Positions 21,149-32,372 are shown, counted from the first letter of the stretch. The stretch is DNA of 64,000 nucleotides from an uncultured virus (IMG/VR IMGVR_UViG_3300032220_001209) (IMGVR_UViG_3300032220_001209); one strand, 5' to 3'. Notes: generated from the letters alone by a model not told the origin. Numbers and translations: made by a program.

Positions 21149-21727
21149 ATGGAATCAGAATTCAAAAAGATACTAGCAGAAAGCAAAAAAACCTACAAAT
21201 TTAAACTGGGTTTAGCAGGTAACTTGCCTGAAAACATCAATGACACTTTGAAAACAGCTCTCAGCAAGTATGAAATAGTGAGCTTATCCAAAGGCAAAAA
21301 AACTCCCATTCAAGAAAGACCATTGGATTTTCCAAAGTTACAAAACATGGAAGTCACATATTTTGATGTAGAATTAGCCTACCCAACCACTCCAGAAATT
21401 TTAGAACAGTATGTGAGCTTGATCACAAAAATGTCCAACAGTCATGTGATAGCAAGAACAACATCACAACACGAAGATTATCCCACAGATAAAAAAGAAG
21501 AACCTTATGTGGCCAAATTAGAATCACCATTGGAACAAGTTGAAAAGAAAGCACAGGATCATGTGGGACAAAAAAGAGTGATTGAAATTTTAAAACAGAT
21601 GGAAAAAGATAGACAACAAATTACCATGGCCAAAGAAGATTCCAAAAACAAGAAAGAAAAACAATTGCAAGATAGAGAAGAGAAATCCTCTCCATCACCT
21701 TTAACTAAAGTCAAAAACAATAAATAG
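21149..21727 (+). CDS. hypothetical late protein
   Basis: ORF preceded by GATAAATA. Confidence 0.6.
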   Translation: MESEFKKILAESKKTYKFKLGLAGNLPENINDTLKTALSKYEIVSLSKGKKTPIQERPLDFPKLQNMEVTYFDVELAYPTTPEILEQYVSLITKMSNSHVIARTTSQHEDYPTDKKEEPYVAKLESPLEQVEKKAQDHVGQKRVIEILKQMEKDRQQITMAKEDSKNKKEKQLQDREEKSSPSPLTKVKNNK

Positions 21728-21731
21728 AGCT

Positions 21732-22343
21732 ATGGACATCAGAGATATTTTACAAAAAATTGATCAAGTACAGAATCCTAAAGAACTCACCAGTGAGATA
21801 GTTAAATCTAATCTCACAGAAGCAGCAGCCATCAGTGTGAACATGTACGGTAACAATCCAGATGAAGTTCAAGCATTGTATCAAATTTTTAAAAACGCTG
21901 GATTACAATCACCAGTGCCAGCAGTAGTTGGTCCGGTGAACGCTGAAGAAAAATCAGTGGGTGAGGATGACAGATATCAAGCTAACACTACTCCAGATCC
22001 TAAATATGCTACCATTCCAGACACAGTAGATCCCACAGGTGATGACCTTCATAAAAAGAAAAAAATGTATGCTAGAAGTCATCCAGGAGACAATCCAATG
22101 GGAGTGAAAGAAGAAGAAATTTCATTGGCAGAAAAAATTAAATCACAACTCACTCAAGACTATGCTGCTTTCAAAGAAGGCGCTGTCAAAGGTTGGTTGA
22201 TGGACATGGAACAAGATGCTGCTGAAATGACCAAAGATGAATTCATCAAAAAACATGGTCAGAAAAATGCTAATATCTGGGACCGAGTGAATTCAGAAGA
22301 AGATCAATTTGATGGCAATACCGAAGACATCGAATTAGAATAG
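21732..22343 (+). CDS. hypothetical late protein (possibly head-internal)
   Basis: Acidic, modular; AATAAATA upstream. Confidence 0.55.
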   Translation: MDIRDILQKIDQVQNPKELTSEIVKSNLTEAAAISVNMYGNNPDEVQALYQIFKNAGLQSPVPAVVGPVNAEEKSVGEDDRYQANTTPDPKYATIPDTVDPTGDDLHKKKKMYARSHPGDNPMGVKEEEISLAEKIKSQLTQDYAAFKEGAVKGWLMDMEQDAAEMTKDEFIKKHGQKNANIWDRVNSEEDQFDGNTEDIELE

Positions 22344-22390
22344 TCAATCATTATAAAATCTCACAACTGCTACAAAGATAAGTACTACAT

Positions 22391-23992
22391 ATGAGTACCA
22401 AAAGTCTAGACGGTGTTCTTACCAAAAAAGCACACACTAGAGAGAAATACACTGAATCACAACTGAATGAGTTGGCTGCTTGTGCAGATGCTACTCTGGG
22501 TTATCTTTATTTTGCCAAAAATTTTTTTAATATTCAACATCCTGTGAGAGGCAAACTGCTGTTTGAACCTTATGCGTATCAAACCAAACTGTTGGAAACC
22601 TATCACAAATATAGATTTAACATAAACATGTTGCCACGTCAAAGTGGTAAAACCACTTGTGCTTCATCATACCTATTGTGGTATGCCATGTTTCATCCAG
22701 ATCAAACCATATTGATTGCTGCTCACAAATACACAGGAGCTCAAGAGATCATGCAGCGTATTCGTTATGGATATGAATTGTGTCCAGATCATATTAGAGC
22801 AGGCGTGGTAAACTACAACAAAGGATCTATGGAATTTGAAAATGGATCTAGAATTGTTTCGGCCACTACTACTGCCAACACTGGTAGAGGTATGTCCATA
22901 TCATTGTTATACTGTGATGAGTTTGCATTCGTTAATCCTACCATTGCTAGAGAATTTTGGACTTCAATATCTCCAACATTAGCGACAGGAGGTCGAGCAA
23001 TTATAACTTCCACTCCTAATTCAGACGAGGATGAATTTGCTGTGATATGGAAAGAATCACAAAATAAATTTGACGAACACGGCAATGAAACTGAAATGGG
23101 AATAAACGGATTCTATGGTTACACAGCATCTTGGAGTGAACATCCAGAACGAGATGAAAAATGGAAAGAAAGTGAATTAGCACGTATTGGAGAAGAAAGA
23201 TTTAGAAGAGAATATGGTTGTGAATTTTTAGTTTACGACGAAACATTAGTGAATAGTATTGTACTTGCAGCATTGGAAGGCAAGCAACCTACATTAACCA
23301 TGGGTCAAACCAGATGGTATGAAAAAATAAATCCTGCTGCCACGTATGTGATAGCATTGGACCCTGCCATGGGTACTGGTGGAGATTACGCTGCTATTCA
23401 AGTGTTCGAAGTGCCATCATTTCGTCAAGTGGCTGAATGGCGACACAATCAAACACCCATACCTCAACAAGTAAAAATATTAAAAGATATTGCAACATTT
23501 ATTAAAGAAGAATGCAAGAGTCCATCAGCCAGCAACATCTATTGGAGTGTGGAAAACAATACCATAGGTGAAGCAGCACTATTAGTAATCAGCGATTTTG
23601 GAGAAGAAAACATTCCAGGATTGTTTGTGAGTGAACCTATAAGAAAAGGTCACATAAGAAAATTTAGAAAAGGATTTAATACCACACACAGAACTAAAAT
23701 CAGTGCTTGTAGTAGATTGAAAGGCATGGTTGAAAATAATAAAATGACCATTAATAGCAAAGCACTGATCAGCGAATTAAAAACTTATGTAGCAGTGGGG
23801 TCTGGATTCAAAGCCAAGTCAGGAGAAACTGATGATTTAATCAGTGCTGTACTGTTGATTTTAAGAATAGTATCCATATTAAAAGATTGGGATCCTAGAA
23901 TTTATAATTCATTTTTACAGGTGGAAAATGATGAGGATGGCGGAGAACGCATACTGCCCATGCCAGTATTCATCAGCAGCACAAACAACTAA
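22391..23992 (+). CDS. terL: terminase large subunit (gp17-like)
   Basis: PRQSGKTT Walker A, LLYCDEFAF Walker B, TSTPN, LDPAMG, ENN, DDL nuclease motifs. Confidence 0.95.
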   Translation: MSTKSLDGVLTKKAHTREKYTESQLNELAACADATLGYLYFAKNFFNIQHPVRGKLLFEPYAYQTKLLETYHKYRFNINMLPRQSGKTTCASSYLLWYAMFHPDQTILIAAHKYTGAQEIMQRIRYGYELCPDHIRAGVVNYNKGSMEFENGSRIVSATTTANTGRGMSISLLYCDEFAFVNPTIAREFWTSISPTLATGGRAIITSTPNSDEDEFAVIWKESQNKFDEHGNETEMGINGFYGYTASWSEHPERDEKWKESELARIGEERFRREYGCEFLVYDETLVNSIVLAALEGKQPTLTMGQTRWYEKINPAATYVIALDPAMGTGGDYAAIQVFEVPSFRQVAEWRHNQTPIPQQVKILKDIATFIKEECKSPSASNIYWSVENNTIGEAALLVISDFGEENIPGLFVSEPIRKGHIRKFRKGFNTTHRTKISACSRLKGMVENNKMTINSKALISELKTYVAVGSGFKAKSGETDDLISAVLLILRIVSILKDWDPRIYNSFLQVENDEDGGERILPMPVFISSTNN

Positions 23993-24000
23993 ATACTAGC

Positions 24001-26541
24001 ATGAACCTAAATGACACGTCTAAAGAGCTATTTGCCAAGATAAGAGGCCGTTTTCCTTCGGTTACTATAGGCAATCAAGCAGCAGAAGTGACCAATGATC
24101 CACATGCAGCAAGATTTTTTGACTTTGATTTCAAAGCAGGAGACAAGGTTTTGGGCAAAGTCAGCATAAGTATTAGTGAGCAAGACGGACTAGTGGTGAT
24201 ACACAGTGCTGATTTGAGTCAAACTGAAGATTTGGTGGCTCGTGAAAATTGGTTCAGTTTTTTAAAAGAATTGAGACAGTTTGCCAAGTCAAGAATGATG
24301 ACATTTGACACCAGAGACATCACCAAGAGCAACTTAGAAAAAAGAGATTATAATTTTTTGAGCAATATGAGTCAACCCAAAGAAGTCACAGAAGCAGCAT
24401 TAACTGGCACCAATAAAACCAGTTTTCAAAACATCGGCAACAGCAAATTAATCATCAAACATTCAGCTCCAGTGGATGAAGATTTTGCAGCTGGTCGCAC
24501 ACACAAGATTCATGCCATATACGTGGAAAACACTGAAGGCGAAAGATTCAAATATCCTTTCAAACACATCAATGGTGCTAGAGCAATGGCACGTCACGTG
24601 AGCGAAGGTGGAAAACCCTACGATGATTTCGGTAAACACATTGTGGGATTGAGTGAAGAACTTGCAAAATTAAGAAAATTTAAAAATTACGTGAACAGAT
24701 CTGCTGTGATGGCTGAAACATTAAAAGAATATTCACAAGTGATCAATGACAGAATTGAAGAGATCAAAGAAACCATTCAAGGATTACAAAAAGAAAGCTT
24801 CTACAAGTTGACCAAAGAAAACTTCAAAGCTAATGAAACTTTAACAGTGCCAGAAGATGTGAAAGAAAATTGGATTGATGAATTAACAATCAAAACTTTC
24901 AATGATGAATTACAAGAAGTATTTCCTTACATCTACAAATTGGTCACACAAAAACCTATCAAAGAAATCACTGCTGAAGATTTTAACACAGAAGCAACTG
25001 GTTATCAAGGCAGCACAGAAACAAGAAATTTAAAATACAATGTGAATGGTGATTTTGACAGAAGCAGGCCAGTGTCAGACAAAGATGCTTTCACCATACA
25101 GGATTTATTGAAAAAGAATGGCATTGAATCAGAAGTTACTCCCGATGAAGGCAACTATCAAGGTATAGTGATTTACACCAATGCTGCTCCACAAAGTGTG
25201 GAAAAAGTTCTGGGCAATATGATCGAAACCACTCAAGATCCCATTGAACAATTTGAAAAAATTTTAGACTCCATCATCGATGAAGGAGAAAATACTTTGT
25301 TTTCCTCTGATTCTGAAGAACAAAAACAAGCATTAGAAAAATTAAATCTATTAATGAAAAATCATTTTCCCGCAGGTGTAAATGGAGTGAATGGTTTAGA
25401 AAGTTTAGAAGGAATTATAGATGATCCAAATCTCAATGACCAAATCAGAGAGATTGGCAAGAAAAACAGCGACACTTGTATTAGACCTTTGATTATGGCT
25501 TACATACAGGATAAGAAACCTAATATGGTAAAAAGAATCAACACTGGTGACATGAAGATGTCTACAGAAGGCAATCAGTTTGCACAAGCAGTAAGAAAAG
25601 CCAAAGCAGCAGGAATGAAACCAGGAGACAAATTCAAAGTGGGTGATAAAGAATACACACTGAAAGATGCTATGGATATGGCAGGCATCAACGACACATC
25701 ATTGCAAGATGACGCTGACATGGATCCAAACCAATCACCTCAGGCTCAAGCCTATGCAGGCAAATCTTCTGCATCTCAAGAAAAAGAAGAAGTGCAAAAA
25801 ATATTGAACAAACATCCAAATGCTTACAAACAATTTAAGGCAGGAGATGATTTATACAATCACAAAGAGTTGTATTCAGAATTGGCAAACTATTACCACG
25901 ATAATGGAGATATGCCCTATGGTACATATACTGCTAAAGATGGCGATCCTATCAATTGGCTCACAACTAGATTGGCCGATATGGGATTGATAGAAACAGC
26001 TCAAAAAGAAGCTGAAGCCAGCATAGATGATCAGTATAGATTTCGTGATTGGTTAAAAAAAACACATAATAAACAAGTGCATGAATTAAAACCACAAGAA
26101 TACGCAATCATTTCAAAACAGTATAGAGACGAAATAGGAAAAAAAGAATCCTATCATCCTGGGGAAGGATCTGCAGAAGAATTGGCCAAAGAGATTTGGA
26201 ACAACACTCCAGCATATCATGATGAATACAAAGACTGGAAAGAATACATGGATTCAGAAGATTTTCAAATGGACTCAGACAAATTAAGAAGCAAATTTGA
26301 AAACAAAAAAGAAGATCTGCACAAAGGCACCACAAAAGTAGAAGAATTAGTTAAGAGTTTTTATGACTACACTACCAATAAATTTCCCAAAGGAGAAACA
26401 GCAGTGATCACAGCAGTGCAAAAACAATATGGAGATGCTGCTGCCAAAACTGCTATCGAAACCATCAAAACATTACAGAGCGGTCAGGACAAAGAAATTG
26501 AACGCATCAAACAACTGGCAGGCTATTCTACCAAAAAATAA
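24001..26541 (+). CDS. large hypothetical late protein with mosaic C-terminal half
   Basis: 846 aa, charged; ends EIERIKQLAG. Confidence 0.6.
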   Translation: MNLNDTSKELFAKIRGRFPSVTIGNQAAEVTNDPHAARFFDFDFKAGDKVLGKVSISISEQDGLVVIHSADLSQTEDLVARENWFSFLKELRQFAKSRMMTFDTRDITKSNLEKRDYNFLSNMSQPKEVTEAALTGTNKTSFQNIGNSKLIIKHSAPVDEDFAAGRTHKIHAIYVENTEGERFKYPFKHINGARAMARHVSEGGKPYDDFGKHIVGLSEELAKLRKFKNYVNRSAVMAETLKEYSQVINDRIEEIKETIQGLQKESFYKLTKENFKANETLTVPEDVKENWIDELTIKTFNDELQEVFPYIYKLVTQKPIKEITAEDFNTEATGYQGSTETRNLKYNVNGDFDRSRPVSDKDAFTIQDLLKKNGIESEVTPDEGNYQGIVIYTNAAPQSVEKVLGNMIETTQDPIEQFEKILDSIIDEGENTLFSSDSEEQKQALEKLNLLMKNHFPAGVNGVNGLESLEGIIDDPNLNDQIREIGKKNSDTCIRPLIMAYIQDKKPNMVKRINTGDMKMSTEGNQFAQAVRKAKAAGMKPGDKFKVGDKEYTLKDAMDMAGINDTSLQDDADMDPNQSPQAQAYAGKSSASQEKEEVQKILNKHPNAYKQFKAGDDLYNHKELYSELANYYHDNGDMPYGTYTAKDGDPINWLTTRLADMGLIETAQKEAEASIDDQYRFRDWLKKTHNKQVHELKPQEYAIISKQYRDEIGKKESYHPGEGSAEELAKEIWNNTPAYHDEYKDWKEYMDSEDFQMDSDKLRSKFENKKEDLHKGTTKVEELVKSFYDYTTNKFPKGETAVITAVQKQYGDAAAKTAIETIKTLQSGQDKEIERIKQLAGYSTKK

Positions 26542-26560
26542 TATTTCATTAACTACACAC

Positions 26561-26589
26561 TTGACTAAATACACATATTAATATAGTAT
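26561..26589 (+). promoter_or_regulatory. sigma70-type promoter overlapping a CTAAATA late-like motif
   Basis: TTGACT-17nt-TAGTAT upstream of the gp32-like gene. Confidence 0.55.
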
Positions 26590-26655
26590 GTAGAAATATG
26601 TGCTATATTATAGTGAGGCACAAATACAAACAGGCAAACAATAAGGAGGCTTATA

Positions 26656-27624
26656 ATGGCTACACTAGCAGAAATCCGCAACAAACTGAAAGAACAAGAA
26701 GTTCGTTCAGGCGGTAACACAAAAACAAGCGGCGGCGACAACGCAATCTATCCATTCTGGAATCTAAAAGAAGGCGAACAATCAACTGTTCGATTCTTGC
26801 CAGATGGCGATTCAAACAACACTTTCTTCTGGAGAGAGCGTTTGATGATCAAACTTCCATTCAATGGTATCAAAGGAGAAACTGATTCAAAACCAGTTCA
26901 AGTACAAGTGCCATGTATGGAAATGTACGGAGAATCTTGTCCTATTCTATCCGAAGTTAGAGGATGGTTTAAAGATCCTAACTTGGAAGACATGGGAAGA
27001 AAATATTGGAAAAAAAGATCATACATTTTCCAAGGTTTTGTCAAAGAAGATCCACTGAATGAAGAAACCAAACCAGCAAATCCAATTAGAAGATTTATTA
27101 TTGGACCACAAATATTCCAAATAATAAAAGGAGCTCTAATGGATCCTGAAATGGAAGATCTTCCTACAGACAAAATCAACGGAGTTGATTTTAAAATTAT
27201 CAAAACCAGCAAAGGTGGATACGCAGACTATTCAACTTCTGCTTGGTCAAGAAAATCCAGACCATTAACTGAAGATGAAAACAAAGCAGTGGAAACACAC
27301 GGCTTGTACAACATGAGCGATTACTTGCCTAAAAAACCAACTGAAGTTGAGTTGAAAGTAATGAAAGAAATGTTTGAAGCATCTGTGGATGGTGAAGCAT
27401 ATGATATGGAAAGATTTGGACAATACTTCCGTCCAGCTGGCATGTCATCCAAAACTGGAGACCCGGTTATTAACACTAATGTTAAAGCTGAAACACCAAA
27501 GCCAATTGAAACTGCAACAGCAAAAGTTGAAGTTAAAACAGAATCTGTCACTGCTCCAAAAGCAGAGAGCAAAAGCAGAGCTGAAGATATTTTGGCAATG
27601 ATTAGGTCTAGACAAAAACAATAA
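26656..27624 (+). CDS. single-stranded DNA-binding protein (gp32-like)
   Basis: VRFLPD, C..YGE.CPI, GYADYSTS; strong SD AAGGAGG. Confidence 0.85.
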   Translation: MATLAEIRNKLKEQEVRSGGNTKTSGGDNAIYPFWNLKEGEQSTVRFLPDGDSNNTFFWRERLMIKLPFNGIKGETDSKPVQVQVPCMEMYGESCPILSEVRGWFKDPNLEDMGRKYWKKRSYIFQGFVKEDPLNEETKPANPIRRFIIGPQIFQIIKGALMDPEMEDLPTDKINGVDFKIIKTSKGGYADYSTSAWSRKSRPLTEDENKAVETHGLYNMSDYLPKKPTEVELKVMKEMFEASVDGEAYDMERFGQYFRPAGMSSKTGDPVINTNVKAETPKPIETATAKVEVKTESVTAPKAESKSRAEDILAMIRSRQKQ

Positions 27625-27637
27625 AGAGTGGTATATT

Positions 27638-27667
27638 GTAGTGGAGAGTTTGAATATTCTCCACTAC
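27638..27667 (+). other. intergenic RNA hairpin between gp32 and uvsX
   Basis: GTAGTGGAGAG-N8-TTCTCCACTAC; no U tract. Confidence 0.65.
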
Positions 27668-27689
27668 GAATTAACAAAAGGAAAAATTT

Positions 27690-28772
27690 ATGGCTACTAA
27701 GGCTTTCGACATATCGAAATTTAGAAAAACATTAACTAAATCCATTGATGGATTGGGATTGGGATTCAATGATCCAACAGATTGGATCTCCACAGGCAAC
27801 TACGCACTGAACTATTTGATGTCAGGTGATTTTGAAAAAGGAATTCCCTTGGGTAAAGTAACAGTGTTTGCTGGTGAATCAGGATCAGGCAAATCATACA
27901 TTGCTTCAGGCAACTTGGTGAGACACGCACAAAAGCAAGGCATATTTGTAGTGTTGGTGGACACAGAAAACGCACTGGACCAAAATTGGTTGGAAGCATT
28001 GGGTGTGGACTGTGACGAGAAAAAATTATTAAAATTAAATCTTAGCATGATTGATGATGTGGCCAAAACCATATCAGCATTCATGAAGGAATACAAAGCA
28101 GAACACGGAGACAACAAAGAAACTGCTCCTAAAATATTATTCATCATAGACAGTTTGGGTATGTTATTAACTCCTACTGACGTAAATCAATTTGAAGCAG
28201 GAGATATGAAAGGTGACATGGGTCGTAAACCCAAAGCACTCACAGCATTGGTTCGTAATTGTGTGAACATGTTTGGTAGCTGGAATGTGGGATTAGTAGC
28301 AACCAATCACACGTATGCTTCACAAGATATGTTTGATCCAGATGATAAAATATCGGGTGGTCAAGGATTTGTGTACGCCAGTTCAGTGGTGGTAGCAATG
28401 AAAAAATTAAAATTAAAAGAAGACGAAGATGGTAACAAAGTAACAGATGTGAGAGGTATTAGAGCTGCTTGTAAGATAATGAAAACAAGATTTGCCAAAC
28501 CTTTTGAAACTGTGCAAGTTAAAATTCCTTATGAAACAGGCATGGATCCTTACAGTGGATTGGTAGAACTGTTCGAAAAAGAAGGTATCCTTACTCAATC
28601 TGGTAACCGACTTAAATATGTGGACCTTAAAGGCGTGGAACACTTGGAGTATAGAAAAGGTTGGACAGGTGAAAAGTTGGATATGGTTATGAAAGAATAT
28701 CACAAGATCAAACCTAAATCTGTTACAGAAATAGAAACAGAAGCAGCAGTAGTGAAAGAAGAGAAAAAATAA
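27690..28772 (+). CDS. uvsX: RecA-like recombinase
   Basis: GESGSGKS, DTENA, IIDSLG, NHTY, SGG. Confidence 0.92.
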   Translation: MATKAFDISKFRKTLTKSIDGLGLGFNDPTDWISTGNYALNYLMSGDFEKGIPLGKVTVFAGESGSGKSYIASGNLVRHAQKQGIFVVLVDTENALDQNWLEALGVDCDEKKLLKLNLSMIDDVAKTISAFMKEYKAEHGDNKETAPKILFIIDSLGMLLTPTDVNQFEAGDMKGDMGRKPKALTALVRNCVNMFGSWNVGLVATNHTYASQDMFDPDDKISGGQGFVYASSVVVAMKKLKLKEDEDGNKVTDVRGIRAACKIMKTRFAKPFETVQVKIPYETGMDPYSGLVELFEKEGILTQSGNRLKYVDLKGVEHLEYRKGWTGEKLDMVMKEYHKIKPKSVTEIETEAAVVKEEKK

Positions 28773-28984
28773 TGCGAGAAGCTGATCAATTAATAGAAAC
28801 TTGGCAATTTTTTAAAGAATATATCGATAAGAAACAGATCGATATAGTGGCTGAGAAGTATGTGGAAATGTGCGCCGACTATGGCGCTGATGATGAGGTT
28901 TTTAAAGAATCCATGGGCAATGACCAAGACTTGGACAAGGCCATCATGTACTATCTGGACATTGAGGAAGACGAGGACAACTAA
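28772..28984 (+). CDS. small acidic hypothetical protein
   Basis: Translationally coupled (TAATG) on both sides. Confidence 0.65.
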   Translation: MREADQLIETWQFFKEYIDKKQIDIVAEKYVEMCADYGADDEVFKESMGNDQDLDKAIMYYLDIEEDEDN

Positions 28985-29442
28985 TGTCTGGATGGTATCA
29001 AAAGATATCCAAAGACATCAGTACTATTCCTGAGGCTTTGGAATATTTTGAAAATCAATTGCAAGAAGCCAAACTGGAAATCAAAATCAGAGGCAATGTG
29101 GAAAAACAAGCAGCAGATATGCCTGGCATTGTGGAACACAGATTCAATCAATTACAAGAATTAGAAGCAGTATTAGAATATCTTAACATTGAATTGCGTA
29201 GACTACGCAGTTCTTATTTTAAAAAATACTTTGAAAGCTACAACAGAGCACTCACCAGCAGAGAAGTGGAGAAGTATGTGGATGGTGAAGCAGATGTGGT
29301 AGACTATGAAAAGATCATCAATGATTTTGCACTGATGCGCAACAAATGGTTGGGAATTTGCAAAGGACTAGACCAAAAGCAATGGCAGATGACCAACATA
29401 GTCAAACTGCGTGTGGCTGGTATGGAAGACGCCAGCATCTAA
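28984..29442 (+). CDS. uvsY: recombination mediator (UvsY-like)
   Basis: Helical; KYVDGEAD, KGLDQKQWQ; follows uvsX. Confidence 0.75.
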   Translation: MSGWYQKISKDISTIPEALEYFENQLQEAKLEIKIRGNVEKQAADMPGIVEHRFNQLQELEAVLEYLNIELRRLRSSYFKKYFESYNRALTSREVEKYVDGEADVVDYEKIINDFALMRNKWLGICKGLDQKQWQMTNIVKLRVAGMEDASI

Positions 29443-29501
29443 TCGCCAGATCCACTTTTAATCCAACAATTTCTATTTAAATACCACACAGAAACATCAT
29501 C

Positions 29502-30650
29502 ATGAAACTACTGATTAATAATAAAGAATTGGCACACTTTCTCAACAGTATCATCAATCACTTTCAAGTGGCCAAAGATTCGGTAACATATGAACACGGC
29601 GAAAGTTGGAAACACCTTAGACAGATCAAAACAAATATTAGACAGCACAGACGCTGGCTGAGAAAGATGCGCAATTCAGGAGAAGCAGAACAGGTGCTGG
29701 AAGCCAACAATGCCAGATGGAGTTGGGGCAAATGGCCCAGCAAATTGGAAAAAATTTTACACAAAGAGTTGACTGATTATGTGGGAAAAATATGGCAACT
29801 GATGGATCAAAATAAAGAAAAATATTTTCAAGTCATACATGAGAACATGGATCAGGTGTTGGAGGCATTGGGCACTGAGCGTGTGCTGAGCATGTACAAA
29901 AAAAGTAAGATGCAAAATTTTATTAAGAGCACAGGACTGACCATACACAAAAATGCTGAGTTAGTGCGTAGACAGGACTTCACTGATTATAAACAGGATT
30001 GTGTGATTAGAAATACCACAGGCAATGAACAGTTGTTGACTGAAAAAATAGATAAAAAATATCCCATGTGGTTCATAGACAGCGGCTACACCAACTTCTT
30101 AGAACCCAATAAAAAATGGCACAGATTAGTGCGCAATCACATACATCATGATCAGATGTTTGAAGCGCCTGTGGATAGATTATCTAACTTCACCAGTTTT
30201 CCCAAACCATGGCGACCGTCAGGAGAGAAAATACTGATCATAGAACCAGGCCCGTTTGCTGCTGGTATATTTCATGTGGATCTAAAAACTTGGAAATATG
30301 ATGTGGAGCGTGAACTGAAAAAATACACAGACAAGAAGATTGTGTTTAGAGAAAAAGCCAATAAAAAAGTACGCACCAGTCTTGTAGAAGAACTCAACAA
30401 TGAGGACTATTACTGTCTTGTGAATATCAATTCCAATGCTGCCACAGAAGCCATTTGGTGTGGTATTCCTGTGATCACTTTGGACAAGCACATCACCAAT
30501 CCCGTGAGCAGCAACAAGCTGTCAGACATAGAAAATTTACAGAGGCCACATCTAGCACGTTGGTTGTGTGCTTTAAGTTACAGTCAATTCACTGCGCAAG
30601 AATTATTTGACGGCACTGCCATCAAAATTGTTAGGAAATATCATGTCTAA
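29502..30650 (+). CDS. putative glycosyltransferase (capsule-synthesis KpsC/KpsS-like paralog 1)
   Basis: DSGY, GEKILIIEP, NSNAATEA..GIPV, W..ALSYSQFT..E..G. Confidence 0.55.
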   Translation: MKLLINNKELAHFLNSIINHFQVAKDSVTYEHGESWKHLRQIKTNIRQHRRWLRKMRNSGEAEQVLEANNARWSWGKWPSKLEKILHKELTDYVGKIWQLMDQNKEKYFQVIHENMDQVLEALGTERVLSMYKKSKMQNFIKSTGLTIHKNAELVRRQDFTDYKQDCVIRNTTGNEQLLTEKIDKKYPMWFIDSGYTNFLEPNKKWHRLVRNHIHHDQMFEAPVDRLSNFTSFPKPWRPSGEKILIIEPGPFAAGIFHVDLKTWKYDVERELKKYTDKKIVFREKANKKVRTSLVEELNNEDYYCLVNINSNAATEAIWCGIPVITLDKHITNPVSSNKLSDIENLQRPHLARWLCALSYSQFTAQELFDGTAIKIVRKYHV

Positions 30651-31452
30651 AGTCACGTTGTTTGCAGAACCCTTTGTACGTAGCACCAAAAATGCAGTGA
30701 CTTTGGACAGCATGGACACGTCCAAACCTTTGGTTGTGGTTGGAGTTACCTCAAAAAAGTATGTGAATCAATGCAGAGCTATCCAGCGTGATTTTTATTA
30801 CATGGACTCTGGATACTTTGGAAATTTTCGCAATGAATCCAACCCCAAAGGCAAGAAACATTTTATAAGGATAGTAAAAAATGATGTGCAAAAAAATATT
30901 CTAGAAGAATATCCGTCTGATCGATGGAAAGAAATTTGTAAAATTGATCCTAAATATCAATGGAATGGCTGGAAGAAAAAAGGCAACAAACTCTTAATAG
31001 TTGTGCCAAATAGAAAAGCGTGTGTGTTTTATGGTTACGAAGAAGGCAAGAAACAAGATCGAGATCCAAATAAACCTACCTGGCTAATGAACACAATAGA
31101 AACTATAAAGAAACACACAGATATGGAGATTGTTGTTAGAGAAAAAGGTAGTAGGCCAGAACGACATAACCATTCAATATTTGATGCTCTAGATGAAGGA
31201 ATATTTGCCACTGTGGCGTTTAACAGTATTGCAGCCATAGAATCCATAGTATATGGAGTGCCTGCATTTGTGACCGTACCTTGTGCTGCTAGCCCATTAG
31301 CTCTGATGGATTTAACACAAATCAATACTCCATACTATCCCTGTGACCAGTTGATTAAAAAACATTGTTCATCATTGGCATATGGTCAGTTTACCTCAGA
31401 AGAAATAGAAAACGGTTATGCTTGGGATATACTACAGGGACAAAAAAAATGA
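30643..31452 (+). CDS. putative glycosyltransferase (paralog 2)
   Basis: DSGYFGN, NSIAAIES..GVP, LAYGQFT..E..GYAW. Confidence 0.55.
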   Translation: MSKVTLFAEPFVRSTKNAVTLDSMDTSKPLVVVGVTSKKYVNQCRAIQRDFYYMDSGYFGNFRNESNPKGKKHFIRIVKNDVQKNILEEYPSDRWKEICKIDPKYQWNGWKKKGNKLLIVVPNRKACVFYGYEEGKKQDRDPNKPTWLMNTIETIKKHTDMEIVVREKGSRPERHNHSIFDALDEGIFATVAFNSIAAIESIVYGVPAFVTVPCAASPLALMDLTQINTPYYPCDQLIKKHCSSLAYGQFTSEEIENGYAWDILQGQKK

Positions 31453-32372
31453 ACAGATTCACTGTGGCAGCATATTACAAAGGCATACCACCTCAAAATA
31501 GAAACATTGAAAAGCAATTGATTCTTGATAATTTTTTACAAGGTGTGCGTACTGTGGGAGATATTGCCGTAGCACATCAGCAGTTTAATCCGGTCGCATG
31601 TGATGTGGCATTGATTCAAGGATATGTGCATTCTCATGGCAAGGATGCTCCTCATCTAAGATTGCGACAGGCAGCTATTGATCTACAACATCAAAACAAA
31701 AAACGTGCATTGATTGTGGACAGCAGTCTGTTTCTGTATGTGAACAACACCAATCCACACCATTATTTGAGATACAGTTTTGATGGAGTATTCCCTACCA
31801 CAGGATTTTATTTTGACAAAGACGTTGATCCTGACAGGTGGAAAAAAATCAGTTTGAATTTAAACATCAACATGAAACCATACAGAACACAAGGAACACA
31901 TATCCTTATCTGTTTGCAAAGAAATGGTGGATGGAGCATGACTGGATTGAATGTGATAGATTGGTTGGATGCCACAATAAAAAAAATTCAACAGGTTTCT
32001 AATAGACCCATAATTGTAAGACCACATCCAGGTGATAAAAAAATCATGCATACTTTAAAATTAAAATACAAGAATGTTTCATTAAGCAACAAAGCCGATC
32101 TGATTGAAGATCTGCGCAACGCTTGGGCCACAGTGGTATACAACAGTTCTCCCAGCGTGGCCAGTATTATAGAAGGAGTTCCTGCATTCTTAACAGATCC
32201 TGAACCTGCACACAGTCAGAGTTATACAATGGCTCACACTGATCTGAATCACATAGAAAATCCTATATTGCCCGATAGGCAACATTGGATTGAACGCTTG
32301 GCCATGTGCCATTGGAATTTTGCAGAATTAAAATCTGGAGAGGCTTGGAATTTTTTAAGGAAGTATATATGA
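31449..32372 (+). CDS. putative glycosyltransferase (paralog 3)
   Basis: GTHILICLQ, VRPHP, NSSP..GVP, W..LA..W..E..GEAW. Confidence 0.55.
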   Translation: MNRFTVAAYYKGIPPQNRNIEKQLILDNFLQGVRTVGDIAVAHQQFNPVACDVALIQGYVHSHGKDAPHLRLRQAAIDLQHQNKKRALIVDSSLFLYVNNTNPHHYLRYSFDGVFPTTGFYFDKDVDPDRWKKISLNLNINMKPYRTQGTHILICLQRNGGWSMTGLNVIDWLDATIKKIQQVSNRPIIVRPHPGDKKIMHTLKLKYKNVSLSNKADLIEDLRNAWATVVYNSSPSVASIIEGVPAFLTDPEPAHSQSYTMAHTDLNHIENPILPDRQHWIERLAMCHWNFAELKSGEAWNFLRKYI

